Source: an uncultured Bacteroidales bacterium
Lineage (GTDB): Bacteria; Bacteroidota; Bacteroidia; Bacteroidales; ML635J-15
Direction of reading: 5' to 3'
Assembly (NCBI GenBank): GCA_964418565.1
Contig: CAYQMB010000002.1
Span: 1,993 to 65,992, forward strand
DNA length: 64,000 nucleotides
Positions 37,746-46,986 of the stretch are shown in pieces. Both the position numbers and the translations under genes were made by a program. The stretch's first letter is position 1. Each line of letters starts with the position of its first letter. The notes beneath the pieces were generated by a model. It was not told the DNA's origin. It did no database searches and saw only the letters and a list, made by a program, of their open reading frames with translations.

Positions 37746-38286
37746 CCTGTGGATAGTAGCGATACTCCAATTTATGAATGCGGTTGGCAAGGCTTGAGAC
37801 ATCGTCTCCGGGTAAAACCGGACACCGCGCCTGCAAAATCAGACGGCCTTCATCGTATTTTTCGTTAACATAATGTATGCTGATACCACTTTCGGTTTCA
37901 TTATTTTCAATCACGGCCTGATGAACTTTATCCCCATACATACCCTTGCCACCGTAGGCTGGTAACAAAGCAGGATGAATGTTTATAATACGCTTATCAA
38001 ATGCCTGAATTAAATCCGATGGGATAAGCGCCAGAAAGCCGGCAAGAACAATCAAGTCGATCTTATTATTTTTAAGTAATGGCATCAGTTTTTCACCGGA
38101 TTTCAAAGTTTTCCTGCTGATGTAATGCGCATCAATTTTGAGCCGTTTAGCCCGCTCAAAGACACCCGCATCTTTCCGGTCACTGATAATCACTTTCACG
38201 CGTACATCCTCACTATCAGCAAAATATCTGGCAATATTTTCAGCATTGGTGCCTGATCCTGAGGCAAAAATGGCGATGTTTTTCAT
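37711..38286 (-). CDS. purN: Phosphoribosylglycinamide formyltransferase
   Basis: 'IAIFASGSGTNAENI', 'DLIVLAGFLALIP' and 'IINIHPALLPAYGGKGMYG' motifs. Its 3' end overlaps the convergent mpg-like gene by 35 nt. Confidence 0.92.
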   Translation of the reverse strand: MKNIAIFASGSGTNAENIARYFADSEDVRVKVIISDRKDAGVFERAKRLKIDAHYISRKTLKSGEKLMPLLKNNKIDLIVLAGFLALIPSDLIQAFDKRIINIHPALLPAYGGKGMYGDKVHQAVIENNETESGISIHYVNEKYDEGRLILQARCPVLPGDDVSSLANRIHKLEYRYYPQVIDQLIEMDLV

Positions 38287-38427
38287 GGCTTAAATATTTA
38301 GCATTCAAAGTAACCCATAATTCTTCTATCAAAAAAATTCAAATTTATTTGGAATTATAATTTATTAATTTGTTTCTTTGTAAGCTCAAAACGCAATCAA
38401 AATTAGTATTAACATAAATTTAGAACT

Positions 38428-38664
38428 ATGTCTGATTTTGCATCAAGAGTAAAAAGTATCATCGTTGACAAATTAGGAGTTGACGAAAATGAGGTAACAC
38501 CGGAAGCTAGTTTCACAAATGATTTAGGAGCTGACTCTCTTGACACTGTTGAACTCATCATGGAATTTGAAAAAGAATTTGATATTTCAATTCCCGATGA
38601 AGAGGCCGAAAAAATTGCAACTGTAGGTGACGCGATCAAGTACATTGAAGAAAACGCTAAGTAA
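38428..38664 (+). CDS. acpP: Acyl carrier protein
   Basis: 78 aa with the phosphopantetheine attachment motif '[17 protein letters not shown]'. Confidence 0.97.
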   Translation: MSDFASRVKSIIVDKLGVDENEVTPEASFTNDLGADSLDTVELIMEFEKEFDISIPDEEAEKIATVGDAIKYIEENAK

Positions 38665-38692
38665 GATTCTATAATCTTTCAATCGACATTTT

Positions 38693-39949
38693 ATGGATCT
38701 AAAACGAGTAGTTGTTACGGGAACAGGCACCATTTCCCCTTTGGGAAATAATGTGTCCGATTTTTGGAATGCCCTTTCAAACGGTGAATCCGGTAGTGAC
38801 TGGATTACGCATTTCGATGCATCTCTGTTCAAAACCCGTTTTGCCTGCGAGGTTAAAAATTTCGATCCCAAGGAACATCTGGACCGTAAAGAAGTCCGTA
38901 AAATGGATCGATTCACTCAGTATGCACTGGTTTCAGTGTCCGAAGCCCTAAAGGCTTCTGGTTTAATTGATGATGAAAACGTCGACAGAGACGACATTGG
39001 TGTGATCTGGGCCTCCGGTATTGGTGGCCTGGACACACTTATTGAAGAAATTAAGGGATATATTGAAAACGATTACAAACCGCGTTTCAGCCCTTTCTTT
39101 ATTCCGAAAATGATTTCTGATATCGCCGCTGGTCATATCAGCATGAAATACAAGTTCCGTGGCCCCAACTTTGCCACAGTTTCTGCCTGCGCCTCTTCCT
39201 CAAATGCCATCATTGATGCCTTCAATTACATCCGCCTGGGGAAAGCTACTGCTTTTGTCACCGGTGGTTCTGAAGCAGCAATCAATGAAGCCGGCCTTGG
39301 TGGTTTTGGTTCTATGCAGGCTATTTCCAGAAACAATGATGCGTATAAATCTGCATCACGCCCCTTCTGCGCCACACGCGATGGCTTTGTGATGGGTGAA
39401 GGTGCCGGAGCCATCATTCTGGAAGAGTACGAACACGCTGTAAAACGAGGTGCTCCCATTCTTGCTGAAATCATTGGAGGCGGCATGTCTGCAGATGCGC
39501 ATCACATTACCGCACCAGATCCCGACGGTTTCGGTGCTTCATTGGTAATGAAGCGGGCACTGGACGATGCCAAACTCAATCCAGACAAAGTGGATTACAT
39601 CAATGTACACGGTACGGCTACCCCAATTGGTGATGTAGCTGAGCTTAAAGGCATTCATAAAGTATTCAACGATCATGCATTTGAGCTGAATGTCAGCTCA
39701 ACCAAATCCATGACAGGACATCTGCTTGGAGCTGCAGGAGCACTTGAATCTATTGCCGGACTGCTCGCAATACAGAACAACCTGGTGCCCCCTACCATCA
39801 ATCATCATGAATGGGATGAAAATATTGACAAACGCTTTAACCTGACACTTAACAAAGCGCAGGAAAAGAAAGTCAATTATGCCATGAGTAATACATTTGG
39901 ATTCGGTGGACACAATACATCCATCTTATTTAAAGCTTTCGACAAATAA
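38693..39949 (+). CDS. fabF: 3-oxoacyl-ACP synthase II
   Basis: Active-site 'SACASS', 'NVHGTATPIGD' and 'STKSMTGHLLGAAG', ending 'NTFGFGGHNTS'. Located directly downstream of acpP. Confidence 0.96.
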   Translation: MDLKRVVVTGTGTISPLGNNVSDFWNALSNGESGSDWITHFDASLFKTRFACEVKNFDPKEHLDRKEVRKMDRFTQYALVSVSEALKASGLIDDENVDRDDIGVIWASGIGGLDTLIEEIKGYIENDYKPRFSPFFIPKMISDIAAGHISMKYKFRGPNFATVSACASSSNAIIDAFNYIRLGKATAFVTGGSEAAINEAGLGGFGSMQAISRNNDAYKSASRPFCATRDGFVMGEGAGAIILEEYEHAVKRGAPILAEIIGGGMSADAHHITAPDPDGFGASLVMKRALDDAKLNPDKVDYINVHGTATPIGDVAELKGIHKVFNDHAFELNVSSTKSMTGHLLGAAGALESIAGLLAIQNNLVPPTINHHEWDENIDKRFNLTLNKAQEKKVNYAMSNTFGFGGHNTSILFKAFDK

Positions 39950-39957
39950 TCGCAAGC

Positions 39958-40668
39958 GTGTTATCCAGGTGGCTTAATAATCTGTTTCCGGTATTCAAGA
40001 AAAACAAGCAGTACAAATCGGTTCTGGGGTTTTATCCCCGCGATGCATCCTTGTATCAAACTGCGTTGCGACACAGGTCCGCCAGCCTGGGGTATGGAAA
40101 AAACCGCCTCAACAATGAGCGCCTGGAATTTTTAGGTGATGCCATACTTGATGCTGTTATATCCGAATATCTTTATATCGCACATCCCGACTGGGATGAA
40201 GGCCAACTTACCCGTATCCGGTCTAATATGGTTAAGCGCGAAAGCATGAACCAAACGGCATTTAAATTGGGCATTGACAAATTGCTAATCATTAATGAAG
40301 AGGCCTGCAACCAAAGCAAAAGCATTTATGGAAATGCCCTTGAAGCTGTCATCGGAGCCATTTATATCGATAAGGGCTACAAATTCTGTAAAGATTTTCT
40401 GATTCGCAAGTACATCCCCTGCCTTTCCTCGCAATTAACTGAAAGTCAAAATTACGACCATAAATCACAACTGTACCATCTGGTTCAGGAAAAAAAGTGG
40501 TCTATCCGTTTTGATACCTTTGAACATATTGAAGAAAACGAACATATTCCTCATTTTGAAGCCAACCTCATTATCGAAAACATGTTTGTTGCTGAAGGCA
40601 AGGGCTGGTCAAAAAAAGAGGCAGAACAAAATGCATCCCAATCTGCACTTGAAAAACTAGAGGTTTAA
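39958..40668 (+). CDS. rnc: Ribonuclease III
   Basis: RNase III signature 'NERLEFLGDAILD', 'GNALEAVIGAIYID', and a C-terminal dsRBD ('GKGWSKKEAEQNASQSALEKL'). The start is a GTG at 39958 and is uncertain. Confidence 0.92.
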   Translation: MLSRWLNNLFPVFKKNKQYKSVLGFYPRDASLYQTALRHRSASLGYGKNRLNNERLEFLGDAILDAVISEYLYIAHPDWDEGQLTRIRSNMVKRESMNQTAFKLGIDKLLIINEEACNQSKSIYGNALEAVIGAIYIDKGYKFCKDFLIRKYIPCLSSQLTESQNYDHKSQLYHLVQEKKWSIRFDTFEHIEENEHIPHFEANLIIENMFVAEGKGWSKKEAEQNASQSALEKLEV

Positions 40669-40701
40669 TCCTATCTTTACGGATTAACAATTCGATGATC
40701 C

Positions 40702-41121
40702 GTGAATACTGAAAAGCGCTTGAAATACAAACCACAATCGGATTTCTCCCTGATTGCTATTGCTACCAGCGAAGATGCATACCGGCTCTCATGGTTAATC
40801 AATCAGGCCGCAGGTATTCGTTTAACCCGCACAGAACCACTTAAAATATGGCACAAATCGTTAGAAAATCCAGGTGAGTTTATGTGTTATGAACATACCA
40901 ATGAGTTGGGTAAAGCCGTTTACAGGTTGGTTGCGAATCGCTCTGTCAATGGATTTCTGGAAAAAGAATACAAACAATTTGATTTTTTCCTTCAGTGTTT
41001 CGACCTTCCTGAAAAAGCGAGCAGGGAACTAATGGAAATACTAAAACGCGAAAAGGACATCCTGACGGCAAGCCTTATCAGTAATCCGGGTAATAATCTC
41101 ACTCAAAAATTAATGATGTAA
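40702..41121 (+). CDS. Conserved hypothetical protein (possibly the IPExxxVDY family found next to rnc in Bacteroidota)
   Basis: 139 aa with a GTG start. 'FLEKEYKQFDFFL' sits where the IPExxxVDY motif would be. The family assignment is from memory only. Confidence 0.55.
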   Translation: MNTEKRLKYKPQSDFSLIAIATSEDAYRLSWLINQAAGIRLTRTEPLKIWHKSLENPGEFMCYEHTNELGKAVYRLVANRSVNGFLEKEYKQFDFFLQCFDLPEKASRELMEILKREKDILTASLISNPGNNLTQKLMM

Positions 41122-41127
41122 GTAATT

Positions 41128-42180
41128 ATGAAAAAGATGGACTTTGATTTATTAAAAAAGCTAAGTGAAGCGCCAGGTGTCAGTGGCTTTGAGACCCCAA
41201 TACGAAACATCATAAAAACAGAAATTCAGGGCCTGGCCGATTACGTAAGTACCGACAACATGGGCAACCTTACGGCTGTTATCAAAGGTAAAACTGATAA
41301 AAAACTGATGGTTGCAGCCCACATGGATGAAATCGGCTTCATCGTTACACACATTGATGACAATGGCTTTGTACGATTTACAACCCTTGGCGGATTTGAT
41401 CCCAAGACACTCACTGCACAACGGGTTATTCTCCACGGGAAAAAGGATATCATTGGTGTAATGGGCTCTAAACCCATCCACATGATGGATGATGAAGAAA
41501 AAAAGAAAAATCCTAAAATCAAGGATTATTTTATCGATACAGGCATGACAAAGAAGGCCGTGGAAGAGATTATTGAACCCGGCACTCCGATTACCCGCGA
41601 ACGCGAATGCATACGCATGGGCGATTGCATTAACGGCAAGTCGCTTGACAACCGTGTATCCGTTTTTGCGCTGATCGAAACACTAAAACAGCTTAAAGGA
41701 AAATCCCTGCCATATGATTTGTATGCGGTGTTCACCGTGCAGGAAGAACTTGGCCTCAGGGGTGCACAGGTATCAGCTTTGGAAATCGAACCTGATTTTG
41801 GTATTGCTGTTGATACCACCATTGCCTTTGATGTACCCGGCGCACAAGCACACGAAATGGTTTCAAAACTGGGAGATGGCACGGCCATAAAGCTCATGGA
41901 TTCGATGGCAGTAGCCGACGAGCGAATGATTCGCTATATGAAGGAAACAGCAAAATCCAATGAGATAACATACCAGACAGAAATCATGGCTGCCGGAGGT
42001 ACCGATACAGCTTTCATTCAACGGATGAACAAAAGCGGAGCCATAGCCGGTGCCATCTCCATACCAACACGCCACATTCATCAGGTGGTGGAATCGGTAC
42101 ATGAGCAGGATGTACTTGCAAGTATTGATCTGCTTTCTGCCTGCATACTAAACATTAACAAAGGCAACTGGGAATACTAA
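41128..42180 (+). CDS. M42 family metallopeptidase (glutamyl aminopeptidase / FrvX-like)
   Basis: 'LSEAPGVSGFE', 'MVAAHMDEIGFIVTHIDDNGFVRF', 'DNRVSVFALIE', 'FTVQEELGLRGA' and 'GGTDTAF' motifs. Confidence 0.9.
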   Translation: MKKMDFDLLKKLSEAPGVSGFETPIRNIIKTEIQGLADYVSTDNMGNLTAVIKGKTDKKLMVAAHMDEIGFIVTHIDDNGFVRFTTLGGFDPKTLTAQRVILHGKKDIIGVMGSKPIHMMDDEEKKKNPKIKDYFIDTGMTKKAVEEIIEPGTPITRERECIRMGDCINGKSLDNRVSVFALIETLKQLKGKSLPYDLYAVFTVQEELGLRGAQVSALEIEPDFGIAVDTTIAFDVPGAQAHEMVSKLGDGTAIKLMDSMAVADERMIRYMKETAKSNEITYQTEIMAAGGTDTAFIQRMNKSGAIAGAISIPTRHIHQVVESVHEQDVLASIDLLSACILNINKGNWEY

Positions 42181-42184
42181 CAAG

Positions 42185-43660
42185 ATGGGCGTAATAGCAA
42201 GACAAAGCATCAAAGGCTCCATTTACTCCTACCTGGGAGCGGGCATTGGATTTCTGAATGTCGGATTTCTGATGCCGCTTCTGCTGAAAACCAGTCAGAT
42301 TGGCCTGATCAATGTATTGGTGGCTATGGCGGTTATGCTTTCTCAGATAGGCAGCCTCGGCTTTGTTAATGTTACGCTGCGGCTTTTCCCGTATTTCAGA
42401 ACAAAAGACAAACAGCATCAGGGGTTTTTAAAGCTGCTTTTGCTTTTTTCACTTATAGGCTTTGCTTTATGCCTGATCATTTTCTTTATTACCAAAGACA
42501 GGATAATTGCCAATAATATTGATAAATCCCCTTTGCTGGCAGAAAACATTTATTACCTGATTCCCTTTGTTCTGGCCTCCCTGTTTTATCTCCTCTTTGA
42601 CGGCTTTTACCGGGTTATATACCGTGCCAGCACATCGGCATTTTTTAAAGACTTTACTTTTCGCATACTGGTCCTTATCAATTTAGGCCTGTATTATTTT
42701 CACTTGATTGATTTCAATACATTTCTGAACCTATACGTACTGGCCTTTGCATCACCGGCCATATTGATGTTTTTTTACCTGCTTTTTATCGGCGAATTCA
42801 GGCTTTCCGGTTCGTTAAAAGAGCCTGAGCCGGGATTGTACAGGAAACTTATCAGCGTAGCCTTCTTTGGGCTGATATCGGGCTTTAGTACCATCGCCAT
42901 GCTGAATATTGACAAGTATATGGTCAACCATTTTCTCGATCTGGATGCAGCCGGTATCTATTCGATTTCATTCTTTTTCGGATCGCTGATCCTGATACCC
43001 GGAAAAGCCATGCGCCGCATATCAACCACTGTTCTAACAGATGCATTCAAACAGAAAGACAACGCTCAGATTAAACGGGTATACAACAAAACCACTTTGT
43101 CGATGTTGTTGATTGGTGCTGTGTTGTTTGTGTTCCTCTGGGCCAATATCGACAATGTATTCCGGATTCTTCCTGAACCATACAGCAGCGGTAAATGGGT
43201 GATGTTTTTTATCGGTCTGGCTTTTATTTTGAATTTAAGTTCCGGCCTTAGCAGTCAGATAATATTGTATTCAGATTATTACCGCCTTCATTCACTGATT
43301 ATGATCAGCTCCATTGGGCTAATCGTGGCTTTGAATTTTACCCTTATTCCATTACTGGGCATCACAGGTGCAGCAATAGCTACAGCTGTAACCTACCTGT
43401 CAATTGGAATTTTCAGATGGGGATTCATCTGGTCTAAGTTCGGGCTTCAGCCATACAGTAAAGAGCATCTGATTGTATTGTTATCTGCTGGTGCCATCTA
43501 CCTGTTTTCGCTACTGATACCTCAGTTATCGCTCATCCCTGACATCATAGTGCGCAGCCTTTTCATCGGGCTGGCGTTTTTGATACTCATCCGTACGAGC
43601 AAGGTATCTCCTGAAGCAAACCATCTGATTGACACCTTTATCAATCGCTTTAAAAAGTAA
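42185..43660 (+). CDS. Polysaccharide biosynthesis protein / oligosaccharide flippase (MOP superfamily, Wzx-like)
   Basis: 491 aa with about 12-14 predicted TM helices throughout and the N-terminal pattern 'ARQSIKGSIYSYLGAGIGFLN' typical of Wzx-like flippases. Confidence 0.8.
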   Translation: MGVIARQSIKGSIYSYLGAGIGFLNVGFLMPLLLKTSQIGLINVLVAMAVMLSQIGSLGFVNVTLRLFPYFRTKDKQHQGFLKLLLLFSLIGFALCLIIFFITKDRIIANNIDKSPLLAENIYYLIPFVLASLFYLLFDGFYRVIYRASTSAFFKDFTFRILVLINLGLYYFHLIDFNTFLNLYVLAFASPAILMFFYLLFIGEFRLSGSLKEPEPGLYRKLISVAFFGLISGFSTIAMLNIDKYMVNHFLDLDAAGIYSISFFFGSLILIPGKAMRRISTTVLTDAFKQKDNAQIKRVYNKTTLSMLLIGAVLFVFLWANIDNVFRILPEPYSSGKWVMFFIGLAFILNLSSGLSSQIILYSDYYRLHSLIMISSIGLIVALNFTLIPLLGITGAAIATAVTYLSIGIFRWGFIWSKFGLQPYSKEHLIVLLSAGAIYLFSLLIPQLSLIPDIIVRSLFIGLAFLILIRTSKVSPEANHLIDTFINRFKK

Positions 43661-44596
43661 CTAGTTTTTGCTTGTTTTCCAGTGTGAGAGGTCTCTGTCA
43701 AGCAATTTCTCAAGCCGTTCAACATCCTCACGGAATTCGTTGTAAAGCTGTTTATGGAATGCTTCATCCAGTGGCTGACGTTTGGCTTTCACCCTATTCA
43801 GTTTATTGATAAATTTCAGCACACTCACACCTTCGGGAATTCCAAGGCGACGCTTAACAAGCATAACGCCAGGGTATTTCTTTGCAGTTTTGGAAACCAG
43901 ATTAGCAAGTTTAGTATTTTTAAAATATCGATTTTCATTTTTGGGTGTAAAATCCGTTCTGTTATCAGAATCTACGCCCAGAAAATCCAGGGTCTCTTCA
44001 TATACGTTCTTTGTATCGGCAACAAAATCATCAAATATAATGACCTTAACTCTGTCGCGGTCTACCCTGCTGAATAAACGCTCAAGCTGTTTGCCGGTAC
44101 TGCATACCTCCCTGTACTGAATCAGTTTTGGTTCCCGGTTATCAGGCGGAAGATTTTCTCCCCTTTTCCGGCTTTCCTGCAAATCCCAGGCCTTTCTAAA
44201 ATCAACCACATTTTCATTGATGCGTGATCGGATGTGTGTGGAATGTAAAGAATAGACCATGCTTACCGGATCCCTCAGCATAACGATAAACTTTGCATCC
44301 GGGTTAAATTCCATGATGTTTGGTACCGCTTCATCGGAATACAGGTAATAAACGCTCCCTTCACCCACAGCTGTTTTGCCCTTTGAGTTATAAAAGCACT
44401 GGTTCAGATATAGTTCAAGCGACCGAAACCCCCGGTGTTTATCCGAAAAATCTGTGCAGAAAAAATTGGGTTCTTTCGGGTAGGAGAAATGAATATCGGG
44501 GTGTTCACGCAGATATTCGCTCAGTGCGGTTGTCCCGCATTTGGGCGCTCCTATGATGAAAAAGTTCGGCTTTTTTACGTTTTTGGATACCTTCAT
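43661..44596 (-). CDS. Carbohydrate sulfotransferase (Sulfotransfer_1-like, heparan-sulfate-OST-like PAPS-binding loop)
   Basis: 5'-PSB loop 'PNFFIIGAPKCGTTALSEYL..HPDI', 'KEPNFF', and a 3'-PB-like region 'VMLRDPVSMVYSLHS'. I prefer the ATG at 44596 ('MKVSKNVKK'); the track ORF extends to 44665. Confidence 0.8.
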   Translation of the reverse strand: MKVSKNVKKPNFFIIGAPKCGTTALSEYLREHPDIHFSYPKEPNFFCTDFSDKHRGFRSLELYLNQCFYNSKGKTAVGEGSVYYLYSDEAVPNIMEFNPDAKFIVMLRDPVSMVYSLHSTHIRSRINENVVDFRKAWDLQESRKRGENLPPDNREPKLIQYREVCSTGKQLERLFSRVDRDRVKVIIFDDFVADTKNVYEETLDFLGVDSDNRTDFTPKNENRYFKNTKLANLVSKTAKKYPGVMLVKRRLGIPEGVSVLKFINKLNRVKAKRQPLDEAFHKQLYNEFREDVERLEKLLDRDLSHWKTSKN

Positions 44597-44683
44597 TTTG
44601 TCCTTTACTAATGTATGTGTTTTCGTTCTATGTTCAAAAATACAACCCCGATATGGAAGTTGCAAACCAAAAAAATTATTGGG

Positions 44684-45922
44684 TCATTTTATTGCTTCCA
44701 GGCGATTGCGAATGCGCTCCAGGAAATCCTTATCTGTTTTATAAAAATGCCCCGGGATAAAAATTTCCGTTTTAAAATGCTTTACATACGCATCAATGGC
44801 TTTTTTATCGACAGGCGTACCGTCAATTGCCCTAAAGGCTTCACCCGGATCAGCAAAATCATCAACAGCAAAACAGGAGGGATTGTTTTTGTAAAATGCC
44901 TTACCCAGCAACAGAACTTTTTTATACTGCGCAACACTTTGCAGGCCCACACTGGAATTAATGTTAACAACAAATTCCGATTTTTTAATCAATTCATCCA
45001 GATCCGATTTTTGGGTAAGTAACACACGATCGTTATCAATAAACCGGGAATAATCAACAGGTTCGACCTCCATCGGATGTTCTTTTATTATCACTTTATA
45101 GCCAGCTTTCAGCAACTCGGGCAAAATGTACTCAACTGCAGCATACATGCTGTTATACGGGCTATTAAGAATAACCTGAGTATCAGAATTCACCTGCAGC
45201 GGAAAAAACACATATTTTCCGATGCCATCGTAATTGATCTCTTCAACCTTCGCTTTTTGAAATCGCTTTTTTGCTTTATCCTGATTGCGCTTTTTACTGA
45301 TAAAATTAATTAAAAACCGGTTATACCGGGGATCAACCAGACGATACAATGCCCTAACACCTTCATTATGACGCACTTTTTCCAGATTAAACTCCGGATC
45401 AGGCATAAATGACGTATGCGGATAGGTGAATTCAAGGAAATCAGTGTAATTAAGCTCTGCAAACGACGCATCCGCATTTACACCTTCGGGATCCATCTGA
45501 ATGCTGTTCGGAAAATACCCATGCTCAAAGAAAAACGTTTTTATCTTCAGTTCGCGGCACACATCGGTTTCAACATTAAACAAACCGTTCAGTATAAGAA
45601 CCATATCAAGCCCTGCATCTTTCAAAGCTGACTTGCAGGCGGTGTATTCCCGGTTTTTTTCCCGAATCAGTTTTTCAGTGGATTTGAGCCTGTAATTGCG
45701 GACGTAATACTGTATCAGCTTATGCCTTTCAGAATAATAATGCTCCTCTGCGTTTGCTTTGCCACAGTTCACATACGGGATATGATGCTTACTTAACTGT
45801 TTTCTTATAAAATAATCCGGATTCAGGTAAATAAGTTCATGACCAGATTTCTGAAGATATTTAATAAGATTGACGTTAAATTCTAAGTAGTTGGCTGCGT
45901 TATTTACAATTGCGATTTTCAT
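44684..45922 (-). CDS. Capsule polysaccharide biosynthesis protein (Capsule_synth family, KpsS/LipB-like)
   Basis: 'YVFFPLQVNSDTQVILNSPY' and 'YKVIIKEHPME' match the hallmark of the KpsS/KpsC-type family as I remember it. Confidence 0.7.
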   Translation of the reverse strand: MKIAIVNNAANYLEFNVNLIKYLQKSGHELIYLNPDYFIRKQLSKHHIPYVNCGKANAEEHYYSERHKLIQYYVRNYRLKSTEKLIREKNREYTACKSALKDAGLDMVLILNGLFNVETDVCRELKIKTFFFEHGYFPNSIQMDPEGVNADASFAELNYTDFLEFTYPHTSFMPDPEFNLEKVRHNEGVRALYRLVDPRYNRFLINFISKKRNQDKAKKRFQKAKVEEINYDGIGKYVFFPLQVNSDTQVILNSPYNSMYAAVEYILPELLKAGYKVIIKEHPMEVEPVDYSRFIDNDRVLLTQKSDLDELIKKSEFVVNINSSVGLQSVAQYKKVLLLGKAFYKNNPSCFAVDDFADPGEAFRAIDGTPVDKKAIDAYVKHFKTEIFIPGHFYKTDKDFLERIRNRLEAIK

Positions 45923-45991
45923 TGATGTTGTTGATTAGACCATTTTTTACTCGTGCTTCAAAATTACAAAAATACCTTTGCTTTTGCTGGT

Positions 45992-46954
45992 CTATGTCGT
46001 ATAAATCAGGAAATAATAAACAAAATAAGCGAGCAAAAACATCAAGCCTTCCCACCACCTTATTCTTGCCCGTTTTACCGGCAACATAAAAATGAGAAGC
46101 AACAGGCAAACACCAACCATCCAGAACCAGTCAAAACGTAAGACCTCTTCGGTTACCGGGATATCTGTCACCAGCGAGGTAACACCAAGTATACCAAAAA
46201 TATTGAAAATGTTTGACCCGATAAGGTTGCCCACAGAAATATCAAGCTCTTTTCTTACCGCTGCCATGATAGAGGTAGCCAACTCCGGAACAGAGGTTCC
46301 GAATGCAATCACTGAAAGCGAAATCACACGCTCACTGACCCCCCATGCAATGGCAATTTCACTGGCACTGTTTACCAGCAAGTTGGAGCCTAAAATTAAG
46401 CCACCAATGCTCACCATGACAATAACAAAAGATAACCACGCAGAAAAGGGGGACACTTCTCTTACCTGATTTTTCATTTCCTCACGTGAAGATCGAATTG
46501 AATACAACACATACGTAATCAGCAAAATCACAAATAACAGCCCTTCATAAAACGCAAGGATTCCATCAAGTGAGAATAATAAAAACAGTACCGTAGCCAC
46601 CATCATCACAAGCCAGTCAACCCGAACCGTTTTTCGCCGTACCGGAATGCTTATCAACAAAGCTGTAAACCCAAGCACCAGTGCAATATTGGATATGTTG
46701 GAGCCAACAACATTTCCGATAGCAATATCAGGGTGCCCGGAAAGTGCAGCATTAAGGCTCACAACAAGCTCAGGAGCTGATGTTCCAAGGGATACAATGG
46801 TTACACCCACGACCAGGGGAGAGACATGAAATCGCTTGGCCAGTGAAGATCCGCCACGGACAAGCCAGTCGCCGCTGAAAGCCAGCAAAATCAAACCAAA
46901 CAACAAGAGGGCAAATTCCGTTATCATAAGGGCAAATTTAAGATTTCTCATCAA
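45992..46954 (-). CDS. Calcium/sodium antiporter (CaCA family, YrbG-like)
   Basis: Two alpha-repeats, 'LGTSAPELVVS' and 'FGTSVPELATS', each followed by 'GNVVGSNI'/'GNLIGSNI', and about 10 TM helices. Confidence 0.9.
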   Translation of the reverse strand: MMRNLKFALMITEFALLLFGLILLAFSGDWLVRGGSSLAKRFHVSPLVVGVTIVSLGTSAPELVVSLNAALSGHPDIAIGNVVGSNISNIALVLGFTALLISIPVRRKTVRVDWLVMMVATVLFLLFSLDGILAFYEGLLFVILLITYVLYSIRSSREEMKNQVREVSPFSAWLSFVIVMVSIGGLILGSNLLVNSASEIAIAWGVSERVISLSVIAFGTSVPELATSIMAAVRKELDISVGNLIGSNIFNIFGILGVTSLVTDIPVTEEVLRFDWFWMVGVCLLLLIFMLPVKRARIRWWEGLMFLLAYFVYYFLIYTT

Positions 46955-46986
46955 ATTTTGCCTTGTTTCTAATAAAATGATACCTT

